A stretch of DNA of 63,759 nt, counting the filler, from Lama guanicoe (taxonomy: Eukaryota), in assembly GCA_013239625.1 (NCBI GenBank). It is 206 parts of 206 records of this genome, joined end to end, with 100 filler letters (N's around TTAATTAATTAA, not from the genome) between each part and the next. Parts side by side here need not be neighbours in the genome. Positions count along the whole stretch, not along the records: positions 1 to 210 come from PNXV01035820.1; positions 311 to 520 come from PNXV01035821.1; positions 621 to 830 come from PNXV01035822.1; positions 931 to 1,140 come from PNXV01035823.1; positions 1,241 to 1,450 come from PNXV01035824.1; positions 1,551 to 1,760 come from PNXV01035825.1; positions 1,861 to 2,070 come from PNXV01035826.1; positions 2,171 to 2,380 come from PNXV01035827.1; 198 more parts are not named here. One strand, 5' to 3'. Below are positions 1 through 11,060 of this stretch, one piece after another. A program made the translations under genes and the position numbers. The notes under the pieces are model-generated. The model did no database searches, had not been told where the DNA came from, and saw only the letters and a program-made list of their open reading frames with translations. Numbering within the stretch: the first letter of the stretch is position 1; each line of letters begins with the position of its first letter.

Positions 1-1550
1 GGAACACTGGTTGATACAGCTCTCATCTCATTTTTAAGTATCTGGTTACGCATTTACCTGGTCCTAACTTTTGTTTTCTCCCATCCCCACAGCTGGGTCC
101 TCTAACATTGAGAAATAATGGAATACATGTTTATCGATTAGGATGTGGATGCAGTAAAAAGTAGACCCCAAAGTTTCCAGCAGCTCACAGTAGATATGCA
201 TTTCTAACTCNNNNNNNNNNNNNNNNNNNNNNNNNNNNNNNNNNNNNNNNNNNNTTAATTAATTAANNNNNNNNNNNNNNNNNNNNNNNNNNNNNNNNNN
301 NNNNNNNNNNATTCATGTAAGACTGAAGCATTGTGCTGGCCACCAGCAATTGACATGACGGTGGAAACTGACTATACGTCAATTAAAAAAATACAACAAA
401 AAAATAAACTAAATGAAAAAAAGGCATTTGGAAATTGTGGAGGGGAAAACTTGATTATTTTAGTTTACTTTCTTTCTAAATGTTCCTGTACAAGGATCTG
501 GGGAAAATGGGGTCGTTTAGNNNNNNNNNNNNNNNNNNNNNNNNNNNNNNNNNNNNNNNNNNNNTTAATTAATTAANNNNNNNNNNNNNNNNNNNNNNNN
601 NNNNNNNNNNNNNNNNNNNNAAATTTAGTAAATCTATAGAAGATTTGAACAATCAAATTAGTAAATGGGTTTTATATATATACATATATATATAAGTTAT
701 ATATAATATTTTTCAAGCTGAGATGGACTTAAACATTGACCCTCTATAAGGCCACAAACTCAAAAATTTTCAAAGAACACATGACACACCGATTATTTTC
801 TCTGACCACAATTTAATTGAACCAGAAATTNNNNNNNNNNNNNNNNNNNNNNNNNNNNNNNNNNNNNNNNNNNNTTAATTAATTAANNNNNNNNNNNNNN
901 NNNNNNNNNNNNNNNNNNNNNNNNNNNNNNTGATGAGGTGCACACAAGGCGAGCAGTGAGAACAGAGACCCCTCATGGTGCTGGGGCTGTTGAGGGGCCC
1001 CCATCTCTACACCAGCAGAGTCCGCGAGAACAACAACAAAACCAAAGTAGTCTGTTTAGGCTTTGACTAATGGACACGTTAAAAATAATCTCATCTGAAA
1101 ATTTAAAACAATAATTGAATTATTTTGTCAATTTGAGGTTNNNNNNNNNNNNNNNNNNNNNNNNNNNNNNNNNNNNNNNNNNNNTTAATTAATTAANNNN
1201 NNNNNNNNNNNNNNNNNNNNNNNNNNNNNNNNNNNNNNNNAGGGGCGGAGTCTCCGTGCGTCATGGCTGCCTCCCGGGCTGAGGCTCTTGCCACAGTGAG
1301 TGCCGTTCTCCGTCCCTCCTCCTTTTTTTCTTGTCTGTCTCAGATTTTCTTCTCCTGTAGCGTCCACCTTGCCTCTTTGCCTCCCTGACTTTGCAGGCCG
1401 TGCCTGGGCGAGAGGGGAGCTGTGAGGCTGTCCGTCCCACCCTTCTCACTNNNNNNNNNNNNNNNNNNNNNNNNNNNNNNNNNNNNNNNNNNNNTTAATT
1501 AATTAANNNNNNNNNNNNNNNNNNNNNNNNNNNNNNNNNNNNNNNNNNNN

Positions 1551-2070
1551 TGATCACAGTCTTCCTTTAACTGTTGTCGCTTTTATTTTTAAAGCCACAC
1601 AGTGTGCCCTTTAAGAAACGAACAGTTCAGAATCAAATGAAAAAGATTTGCTCTCTCCCCTCCTCTACCAGCCCACTTCCTCACGTTCAGTTTGGAGTGT
1701 ACCCTCCAGGCGTTTTCTCTGCAATTCAAAGTACAGATGGAATCCCACTCTTCACATTTTNNNNNNNNNNNNNNNNNNNNNNNNNNNNNNNNNNNNNNNN
1801 NNNNTTAATTAATTAANNNNNNNNNNNNNNNNNNNNNNNNNNNNNNNNNNNNNNNNNNNNTGATCACAGTCTTCCTTTAACTGTTGTCGCTTTTATTTTT
1901 AAAGCCACAGAGTGTGCCCTTTAAGAAACGAACAGTTCAGAATCAAATGAAAATGATTTGCTCTCTCCCCTCCTCTACCAGCCCACTTTCTCGCGTTCAG
2001 TTTGGAGTGTACCCTCCAGGTGTTTTCTCTGCAATTCAAAGTACAGATGGAATCCCACTCTTCACATTTT
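1551..2070 (+). repeat. Near-identical contig pair 1551-1760 / 1861-2070 (assembly bubble arms)
   Basis: Same start and end; 5 substitutions at contig offsets 50, 94, 129, 133, 161. Confidence 0.95.
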
Positions 2071-2170
2071 NNNNNNNNNNNNNNNNNNNNNNNNNNNNNN
2101 NNNNNNNNNNNNNNTTAATTAATTAANNNNNNNNNNNNNNNNNNNNNNNNNNNNNNNNNNNNNNNNNNNN

Positions 2171-2289
2171 TGGATATGAAGGACTGACTGCACTTGGCTA
2201 TTTAATACAAGGGACTTGAACGTCCACGGATTTAGATGTCCACGGGGCTCCTGGAACCAATACCCGGAGGATACCGAGGGACGGCTGTA
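2171..2289 (-). mobile_element. MER2/MER2B-like TcMar-Tigger DNA transposon end
   Basis: agggacttgaacgtccacggattt...cctggaaccaatacccggaggataccgagggacggctg matches the recalled MER2B terminal region and is followed by TA (Tc1/mariner target site). Confidence 0.75.
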
Positions 2290-2790
2290 CATGTTTCAAA
2301 AGACTTTGTCAACTGCGTCTCTACTGCAAATGCAAAGGCTCTCCTCAAAGTGGACAAAACTCACAAAAGGCCTGGGGATTNNNNNNNNNNNNNNNNNNNN
2401 NNNNNNNNNNNNNNNNNNNNNNNNTTAATTAATTAANNNNNNNNNNNNNNNNNNNNNNNNNNNNNNNNNNNNNNNNNNNNTGTAAACGGGTTTTGTTCCC
2501 CTTCAGTCTCAACCCCAGTCGCCACTCCTTAATGGGAGTGAGTGGGAGGAGGCTCTGGCCCCTGCTCCTCTAGCTTCTCGGAAGGTGCTTTCCTACTGGT
2601 ACAGTAAGGCTTAAACAGATGTGTTAAGGAGGACCTCCCCCAAACGCCTTTATAGATAAACCCGCAACATACTTTTTACGTTTTCCAGCANNNNNNNNNN
2701 NNNNNNNNNNNNNNNNNNNNNNNNNNNNNNNNNNTTAATTAATTAANNNNNNNNNNNNNNNNNNNNNNNNNNNNNNNNNNNNNNNNNNNN

Positions 2791-3000
2791 ATAGCCAAGA
2801 CATGGAACCAACCTAAATGTTCATCAACAGATGACTGGATAAAGAAGTTGTCGTATATTTATAAAATGGAATACTACTCTGCCATAAAAAAGAATAAAAT
2901 GATGTCATTTGCAGCAACATGGATGGACAGATCATTACTCTGAGTGAAGTGAGCCAGAAAGAGAAAGAAAAATAGCATATGCTATCACTCATATGTGGAA
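2791..3000 (+). mobile_element. LINE-1 fragment, ORF2 C-terminus/3' region
   Basis: atagccaagacatggaaccaacctaaatgt...ggaatactact...gccataaaaaagaat...gcagcaacatggatgga, canonical L1 3' sequence. Confidence 0.92.
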
Positions 3001-3825
3001 NNNNNNNNNNNNNNNNNNNNNNNNNNNNNNNNNNNNNNNNNNNNTTAATTAATTAANNNNNNNNNNNNNNNNNNNNNNNNNNNNNNNNNNNNNNNNNNNN
3101 CAAACCTTTATTTCTTCCTTCTTTAAAATTCTTTATCTCTCTCTCTCTCTCTCTTTTTCTCTTTTCTAAGTTGTATTACTACATAGGCATTAGGTAGATA
3201 AATACCTTTAGGACCAGAGCAGATAACTGATACTCCATAAACCACAGTGAAAGAGAGCTAGGAGCAAGTAGAAGAAGCAGGGAAACCATTCCCAATTAAA
3301 AGAACAAGAGNNNNNNNNNNNNNNNNNNNNNNNNNNNNNNNNNNNNNNNNNNNNTTAATTAATTAANNNNNNNNNNNNNNNNNNNNNNNNNNNNNNNNNN
3401 NNNNNNNNNNATTGTTGACATGAGATCCTTCTAGAGCTCGATCTCTCCCTTTGCCATCCAGCCTGGCCACCAGCACCACATGAGATCATGGTCATTCTAT
3501 TAGCCTGGGTTTTTGGGTCACTAGGATAGCAGGTGACCTGTGACCCAGTTACTGTGTAATCTATCCCACTGTGACACAGACAGGTGGTCAGTGAGAGCCT
3601 CACTAGAAGGTGACACTTGANNNNNNNNNNNNNNNNNNNNNNNNNNNNNNNNNNNNNNNNNNNNTTAATTAATTAANNNNNNNNNNNNNNNNNNNNNNNN
3701 NNNNNNNNNNNNNNNNNNNNTGCTGCGTCTCCCCTAGAAATAACCACCACTCTGGCTTTAGCTACCATCGTTGGCAGGCTTTTCTTTGTAGTTAATCACC
3801 TGTAGAAGCATCGCCAATGCTCTAC

Positions 3826-3930
3826 GCCCACCCACCCACTCACACACACACCCCCCATAACACACACACACTCACACAAACGCACCCCCCACCGCACACA
3901 CACACACCCCACTACACACACACTCTACCA
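3826..3930. repeat. CA-rich low-complexity/microsatellite
   Basis: Interrupted (CA)n and CCCA runs. Confidence 0.85.
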
Positions 3931-4960
3931 NNNNNNNNNNNNNNNNNNNNNNNNNNNNNNNNNNNNNNNNNNNNTTAATTAATTAANNNNNNNNNNNNNN
4001 NNNNNNNNNNNNNNNNNNNNNNNNNNNNNNCTGAGTGATGCATGTTACTTCAAGTTTTGCATTCTTGCGCTTAAAAAAAAATCTGGGGATCTTTAAAGCA
4101 ATTGATCATTTTTGTCATAATATTCAAGTTTAATTCAAATAAAGGTTATTTTTCTCTCCCAAATCAGGGCCACACTTAACAGGAGGCAGATCATAATCAG
4201 CCTCAGTGACTGGCAGCTACTTTAAGGCTCGCAACTAGGANNNNNNNNNNNNNNNNNNNNNNNNNNNNNNNNNNNNNNNNNNNNTTAATTAATTAANNNN
4301 NNNNNNNNNNNNNNNNNNNNNNNNNNNNNNNNNNNNNNNNCTGAATTTGGGCAATGAAAAATAAGGAATGAAAAGAATGTGGAGTGTAAAATTATACTCC
4401 AGAATTTTGTTGTCTTAACTCCTTTGAAACTTAAGGAATTTTGACAAAATAATTGGGTAAATTCTATCGGCTTTCCTCTTTAATAAAATGGAAACTTTAG
4501 CATTACAATTAAGCCTGATATTTTTTACCTCTGTGGACATATTTAGATGANNNNNNNNNNNNNNNNNNNNNNNNNNNNNNNNNNNNNNNNNNNNTTAATT
4601 AATTAANNNNNNNNNNNNNNNNNNNNNNNNNNNNNNNNNNNNNNNNNNNNAGAATTTCTACTTTATCCTTCATGTTCTGAAATTTCACTATGATAAGCCC
4701 AAAGGTGGGTTAAAAGTTTTTATTGGTACATGGTGGACCCTTTCAATCTGAAGACTTACTTGTTAAAGAAAAATTCTGGTAATCTCTGGCTATTATCTCT
4801 TTAAATATTGTATCCATTCCATTATCTCTGCCCTATAGCTCCAAAACTCATTAGATAAATNNNNNNNNNNNNNNNNNNNNNNNNNNNNNNNNNNNNNNNN
4901 NNNNTTAATTAATTAANNNNNNNNNNNNNNNNNNNNNNNNNNNNNNNNNNNNNNNNNNNN

Positions 4961-5170
4961 GAACCCAGAATTAAGAACATGGAATGTAGAACACATTATT
5001 TAGTATATACAATACAGAATACTGAATTTCGAATTTAGATTATAGAATGTAAAACACAGAATATGGAATGTAGTATATGGAATGCAGAATATTGAATACA
5101 AAATATACAATGTAGAACACAGAATTTAGTATATAGAGTATAGAATACTGAATATAGAATTTAGAATATA
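4961..5170 (+). repeat. Degenerate 7-bp (AGAATAT-like) tandem satellite with 63/126-bp higher-order periodicity
   Basis: Heptamer variants throughout the contig; aatgtaRaacac recurs at 4983, 5046 and 5109 (63-bp spacing). Confidence 0.8.
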
Positions 5171-5270
5171 NNNNNNNNNNNNNNNNNNNNNNNNNNNNNN
5201 NNNNNNNNNNNNNNTTAATTAATTAANNNNNNNNNNNNNNNNNNNNNNNNNNNNNNNNNNNNNNNNNNNN

Positions 5271-5480
5271 GTGTGTGTGTGTGTGTGTACCACATCTTCT
5301 TATCCATTCATCTGCTGATGGACATTTAGTTGCTTCCCCGTCTTGGCCATTGTAAATAATGCTGCTATGAGCACTGGTGCATATATCTTTCCAAATTAGT
5401 GGTTTTGGGTTTTTTTTGGATATATACCCATGAATGGATTGCTGGGTCATATGGCAGTTCTATTTTTAGTTTTTTGAGAA
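5271..5480 (-). mobile_element. LINE-1 3' ORF2 fragment preceded by (GT)n
   Basis: accacatcttcttatccattcatctgctgatggacatttagttgcttcc...gattgctgggtcatatggcagttctatttttagtttttt is reverse-strand L1. Confidence 0.9.
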
Positions 5481-5692
5481 NNNNNNNNNNNNNNNNNNNN
5501 NNNNNNNNNNNNNNNNNNNNNNNNTTAATTAATTAANNNNNNNNNNNNNNNNNNNNNNNNNNNNNNNNNNNNNNNNNNNNGTGCCACTGATTCAGTCCAT
5601 CCCCACCTCACCCCCTGGACTCCAGCCTCTCAGGGGCCACCCTGTCTGTGGGCTTGGGTGAGCGGCAGGAGTGACAGGTACGGTACCCATAG

Positions 5693-5790
5693 GCCTGGCT
5701 GTGATGCACTCCCAGGGTAGCAATTACCTGGACGTCGGCAACAATCCACGAGTGGGCACCAAGCGGTACATGGCCCCGGAGGTGCTGGAA
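5693..5790 (+). CDS. ACVRL1: Partial internal exon of a TGF-beta type I receptor kinase, ACVRL1 (ALK1)-like
   Basis: After AG at 5691-5692 the frame reads (G)[41 protein letters not shown] is the type I receptor subdomain VIII motif, and HSQGS.YLD fits ACVRL1 better than ACVR1 (HSQSTNQLD). Not in the supplied ORF track. Confidence 0.85.
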
Positions 5791-6820
5791 NNNNNNNNNN
5801 NNNNNNNNNNNNNNNNNNNNNNNNNNNNNNNNNNTTAATTAATTAANNNNNNNNNNNNNNNNNNNNNNNNNNNNNNNNNNNNNNNNNNNNGGAAAGTAAA
5901 TAAACTCTTCAGAGTTTGTGAGTTTGTGCTAAAAAAAAAATTGTTTTCCTTTGCATTAACTGGTTTCATGATATGAGTAAGATTTTAGACCTTGACACAT
6001 TATTTGTTTGCATAGCTCACAGAACCAAGGAGCCTTTGGTACAGCCCACTGTCAATCAAGTTATCTCTTTAAACCTACTCTCCTTAACTCATCTAGCATG
6101 NNNNNNNNNNNNNNNNNNNNNNNNNNNNNNNNNNNNNNNNNNNNTTAATTAATTAANNNNNNNNNNNNNNNNNNNNNNNNNNNNNNNNNNNNNNNNNNNN
6201 GTGAGTTCTCAATGTTTTCATGAAGCATATTAACAAAAATTATGTTTCAAAATCATCACACTGAGCTATTACTCTATGTTACACTGCAGTATCACTGGAT
6301 CTGAAGGAAAAGCTCCTAATAAAATTATGTTATGTTAATATTATCAATAATGACATAATTACTGTGACAGTCATGACAATATGAGGGAATTCATTCTAAA
6401 ATGTCACTACNNNNNNNNNNNNNNNNNNNNNNNNNNNNNNNNNNNNNNNNNNNNTTAATTAATTAANNNNNNNNNNNNNNNNNNNNNNNNNNNNNNNNNN
6501 NNNNNNNNNNCTGGTTCATTTCCCTTTCCCTACAGTTTTGTGCAATCTGTGTATCATTGTCTCTGCCATTCATAAGTAAAAGCATCTCAAAAGCGGGGCC
6601 CCCAATTAATTTGTTGTTTCTTTGCTCCTAAATAAATACACAATAAAGCACTGACATGAGTTTTAACCAATCTATAGTAAAAGCAATAAAAGTCTTAAAT
6701 TTACTAAGAAACTCTGATGGNNNNNNNNNNNNNNNNNNNNNNNNNNNNNNNNNNNNNNNNNNNNTTAATTAATTAANNNNNNNNNNNNNNNNNNNNNNNN
6801 NNNNNNNNNNNNNNNNNNNN

Positions 6821-7026
6821 CATCTTTTCTCTGTGCCTTCATGTGGCAGACGGAGATCAGGGACCTCTCTAGGGTCTCTTTTATAAGGGCACTAATCTCA
6901 TTAATGAGGGATCCACTCTCATAACCTAATTACCTCCCAGAGGCCCTCACCTCCTAGTATCATCACATTGGGGATCAGGTTTCAATATATGAATATGGAG
7001 GGGGCACAAACATTCAGTCTACAGCA
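6821..7026 (-). mobile_element. MLT1A-type MaLR LTR fragment
   Basis: ttataagggcactaatctcatt...ctcataacctaattacctccc...acaaacattcagtctacagca is the reverse complement of the MLT1A 5' end (TGCT.T.GACTGAATGT). Confidence 0.8.
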
Positions 7027-7440
7027 AGCANNNNNNNNNNNNNNNNNNNNNNNNNNNNNNNNNNNNNNNNNNNNTTAATTAATTAANNNNNNNNNNNNNN
7101 NNNNNNNNNNNNNNNNNNNNNNNNNNNNNNCCAACATTTGCTGTAGAAAGAGTTATTCAGGATAAACTTTAAAAGCAGGATCTGAAATTAATTAAAAGGC
7201 TATATGAAGAATGTATTGAAGAACAGTGCCTCTGCTGTACAATGGGAATGTGTGTCTAAAGAAAAGGGCTCAAATAGCAATTTTCAGTGATATGCATAGA
7301 GTTAGTGGCTGTCAAATAAAGCTGTATTCATTAAACTTCANNNNNNNNNNNNNNNNNNNNNNNNNNNNNNNNNNNNNNNNNNNNTTAATTAATTAANNNN
7401 NNNNNNNNNNNNNNNNNNNNNNNNNNNNNNNNNNNNNNNN

Positions 7441-7650
7441 AAGAATGAAGTTGGAAGACTTCTACTTAATTTCAGAACTTAATTTAAAAAGCTGAAGTCA
7501 TCAAGACAGTATGTTATTAGTCAACAGACATAATAGATTAATGATAGAGAAGAGTGTAGAAATAGACCCAAACATCTAGACTCAACTGATTTTCAGAAAA
7601 TGCAACTTAATAGGAGCAAAAGAGAAAAATGTTTTCACCAAATGTTGCTA
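7441..7650 (+). mobile_element. Old LINE-1 (L1M) ORF2 fragment
   Basis: aagaatgaagttggaagact...tcaagacagtatgttatt...agaaatagaccca...tcaactgattttc. Confidence 0.65.
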
Positions 7651-7750
7651 NNNNNNNNNNNNNNNNNNNNNNNNNNNNNNNNNNNNNNNNNNNNTTAATT
7701 AATTAANNNNNNNNNNNNNNNNNNNNNNNNNNNNNNNNNNNNNNNNNNNN

Positions 7751-7960
7751 TGTAAGGGTGTGTTCTAGCTTCATTGTTTTACATGCTGCTGTACAGTTTA
7801 CCCAACACCATTTGCTGAAGAGACTGTCTTTATACCATTGTATATTCTAGGCACCTTTGTCAAAGATGAGTTGACCACAGATTAGTGGGCTCATTTCTGG
7901 GCTCTCTATTAAGTTCCATTGGTCCATATGTCTGTTTTGGTACCAATACCATGCTGTCTT
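7751..7960 (-). mobile_element. LINE-1 ORF2 fragment
   Basis: cccaacaccatttgctgaagagactgtcttt...atttctgggctctctatt..gttccattggtc...gtaccaataccatgctgtctt is reverse-strand L1. Confidence 0.9.
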
Positions 7961-8680
7961 NNNNNNNNNNNNNNNNNNNNNNNNNNNNNNNNNNNNNNNN
8001 NNNNTTAATTAATTAANNNNNNNNNNNNNNNNNNNNNNNNNNNNNNNNNNNNNNNNNNNNGCCCAGGCCCTAACCAGTGGTGTGGGCTCTCTGACTGTCT
8101 GGCCTGGCCCGTCCTTCTCACAGAGTCAGCTGCACCCAGAGGTGAAACAGAGGGCTCAGCCCACCGCCTCCCAAGTCCCCATCTGGCTGTCACCCTAGAC
8201 CCCACGTCCAGCCTTGTCCTCCACCTGCCCTCCCCTGCAGAGGTCATGCCCGTGGAGCGCAGGGCTTGCCNNNNNNNNNNNNNNNNNNNNNNNNNNNNNN
8301 NNNNNNNNNNNNNNTTAATTAATTAANNNNNNNNNNNNNNNNNNNNNNNNNNNNNNNNNNNNNNNNNNNNCACATGTTTTCAAATTGCCAATTTGACACA
8401 TTTCGTTTTCCCAGTGAATGGCAGACGTCTGGTTCTTCTCTGAGAGCCTAGACACTTGTTCACATTTAGGACACAATAGTATTTTTAGGTATTTCAACAG
8501 TGCATTGAAATCTGTAGATACCATATGGTAGAAATTCTTCAGTTACGCTATGTTTTGGGGGTTTTTTTTCCCCCTCTGTGNNNNNNNNNNNNNNNNNNNN
8601 NNNNNNNNNNNNNNNNNNNNNNNNTTAATTAATTAANNNNNNNNNNNNNNNNNNNNNNNNNNNNNNNNNNNNNNNNNNNN

Positions 8681-8890
<210 letters not shown>

Positions 8891-8990
8891 NNNNNNNNNN
8901 NNNNNNNNNNNNNNNNNNNNNNNNNNNNNNNNNNTTAATTAATTAANNNNNNNNNNNNNNNNNNNNNNNNNNNNNNNNNNNNNNNNNNNN

Positions 8991-9200
8991 ATAAATGCAA
9001 AAAATCCTCAGCAAAATATTAGGAAATAGAACCCAAAAGCACATAAAATATATTATACATCATGATCAAGTGGGGTTCATCCCAGGGAGACAGGGGTGGT
9101 TCAACATACACAAATCAATCAGTATAATACATCACATCAACAAGACAAAGTACAAAAACCACATGATCATCTCAATAGTTGCAGAAAAAGCATTTGATAA
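8991..9200 (+). mobile_element. LINE-1 ORF2 reverse-transcriptase fragment
   Basis: [59 protein letters not shown]; an extra A in the run near 8999-9004 shifts the frame. Confidence 0.96.
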
Positions 9201-9726
9201 NNNNNNNNNNNNNNNNNNNNNNNNNNNNNNNNNNNNNNNNNNNNTTAATTAATTAANNNNNNNNNNNNNNNNNNNNNNNNNNNNNNNNNNNNNNNNNNNN
9301 AAAAGATACCGTAATCCTTGACTGGACCTGAGGAGACTCTAAGCACATCTTCTTGCCAACGTGTGCTTCAAATGGAGCTTCTGTTCCACTCGTTGGTGGG
9401 GTAAGGGGAGTGGGACCAGCTCATAGCTCAAGTGCCACCGATGCTCACTATTCTCACCAAGATTTCCTAGACTGTCTTGAATAAATGTTTATTCATTTAC
9501 TCTATGCCTTNNNNNNNNNNNNNNNNNNNNNNNNNNNNNNNNNNNNNNNNNNNNTTAATTAATTAANNNNNNNNNNNNNNNNNNNNNNNNNNNNNNNNNN
9601 NNNNNNNNNNGCCACTCCTGGTCAATCTGCCAGTGCCCCCAGCAAATCTCTATTAAAGACGGAAACATAGGGGGCTAGTGCCTCGGCACCCCAGGAACCC
9701 CAAGATCAAGAAACACTAAGGCTGGA

Positions 9727-9820
9727 CTGGGCTTCTACTAGCACTGTTGACACTTGGGCCCGGAACTCTCTTTGTTGAGGGGACCTGTCCTGTGCCCTGA
9801 AGGACACTGGGCAGCACCCT
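9727..9820 (-). mobile_element. MER20-like hAT-Charlie fragment
   Basis: gcactgttgacacttgggcccgga...ctttgttgaggggacctgtcctgtgc...gcagcaccct resembles the reverse MER20 end. Confidence 0.6.
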
Positions 9821-9920
9821 NNNNNNNNNNNNNNNNNNNNNNNNNNNNNNNNNNNNNNNNNNNNTTAATTAATTAANNNNNNNNNNNNNNNNNNNNNNNN
9901 NNNNNNNNNNNNNNNNNNNN

Positions 9921-10130
9921 CTTCTTTATGCAGTCATCTGTCGATGGACATTTAGGTTGTTTCCATATTTTGGCTCTTGTAAATAGTGCTGCTGTGACCA
10001 CTGGGGTGCAGGTATGTTTTCGAATTAGAGTTCCCTCTGGATATACGCCCAGGAGTGGGGTTGCTGGACCGTATGGTAAATCTTTCTTTAGTCTTTTGAG
10101 GAATCTCAGTACTGTTTTGGTAATGGCTGC
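9921..10130 (-). mobile_element. LINE-1 3' ORF2 fragment
   Basis: cagtcatctgtcgatggacatttaggttgtttccat...gtaaatagtgctgct...cccaggagtggggttgctgga. Confidence 0.9.
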
Positions 10131-10850
10131 NNNNNNNNNNNNNNNNNNNNNNNNNNNNNNNNNNNNNNNNNNNNTTAATTAATTAANNNNNNNNNNNNNN
10201 NNNNNNNNNNNNNNNNNNNNNNNNNNNNNNTGTTAATCTATAGACAGCAAAATGTGAGTGATTCCTTGTATCTTATAGTTGTCTCATTATGAACCCAAAC
10301 TGCTGATGTCAGAAAGCATCTTTATATTATAAATCACTGAGAATTAAATTTCTAGCAAGTAAGTGTTAGAAAAATCAAAGCACATTATATGCAAACTTAT
10401 TTAGGTTATTTTCTTATGAAATATTACATGTAAGATGGCTNNNNNNNNNNNNNNNNNNNNNNNNNNNNNNNNNNNNNNNNNNNNTTAATTAATTAANNNN
10501 NNNNNNNNNNNNNNNNNNNNNNNNNNNNNNNNNNNNNNNNAATATCTGGTTCATAACATGCGTTGCCCTAGTGTTAGTGGTAATGCAAGTGAACACAACA
10601 GATCAAAAGCTCTGTACTCGTGGGATTTACGTTCTAATGAGGACAGTCTATTTAAATACAAAAACAGAAATACATAGTATGTCAGAAGGAAAGAAATTTT
10701 CGAGAAAACTCAAGAAAGTTAACAAAGAGCACTAGTTGAGGGGGTGGGGGNNNNNNNNNNNNNNNNNNNNNNNNNNNNNNNNNNNNNNNNNNNNTTAATT
10801 AATTAANNNNNNNNNNNNNNNNNNNNNNNNNNNNNNNNNNNNNNNNNNNN

Positions 10851-11060
10851 TTTGTAGGCTGTGGTCAATTGTTTGACTAGATGTTCAAGGACTTGGAAAG
10901 ATCACAGTTGGAAAGATGGTGACAGGGAAGACTGGGAAAGAGGTATGTGGATAGGCCTCTCTGAATGAGTGAAAAATGTAGATATATGTGTCCTATGGCA
11001 ATGCCTACCAAAGGGTGACCCTACACAGAGTTGGATTTGAGTAATGAAGTGGATAGGATG
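10851..11060 (+). mobile_element. ERV-L (class III) pol RNase H relic, degraded
   Basis: Disrupted translation resembles the ERVL RNase H region: AV.N.L...S.TWKDH.WK.GD.E.W.RGMWI.LSE*.KNV...NA.QRVT...N.VDRM, with stops and frameshifts. Confidence 0.8.

Noticed and set aside
3411..3620. Minus-strand VTGSQVTCYPSDPK resembling an ERVL/MaLR protease motif (DTGS...PGDPK)
   Set aside because: The catalytic Asp is absent and the similarity is too short to support without a search
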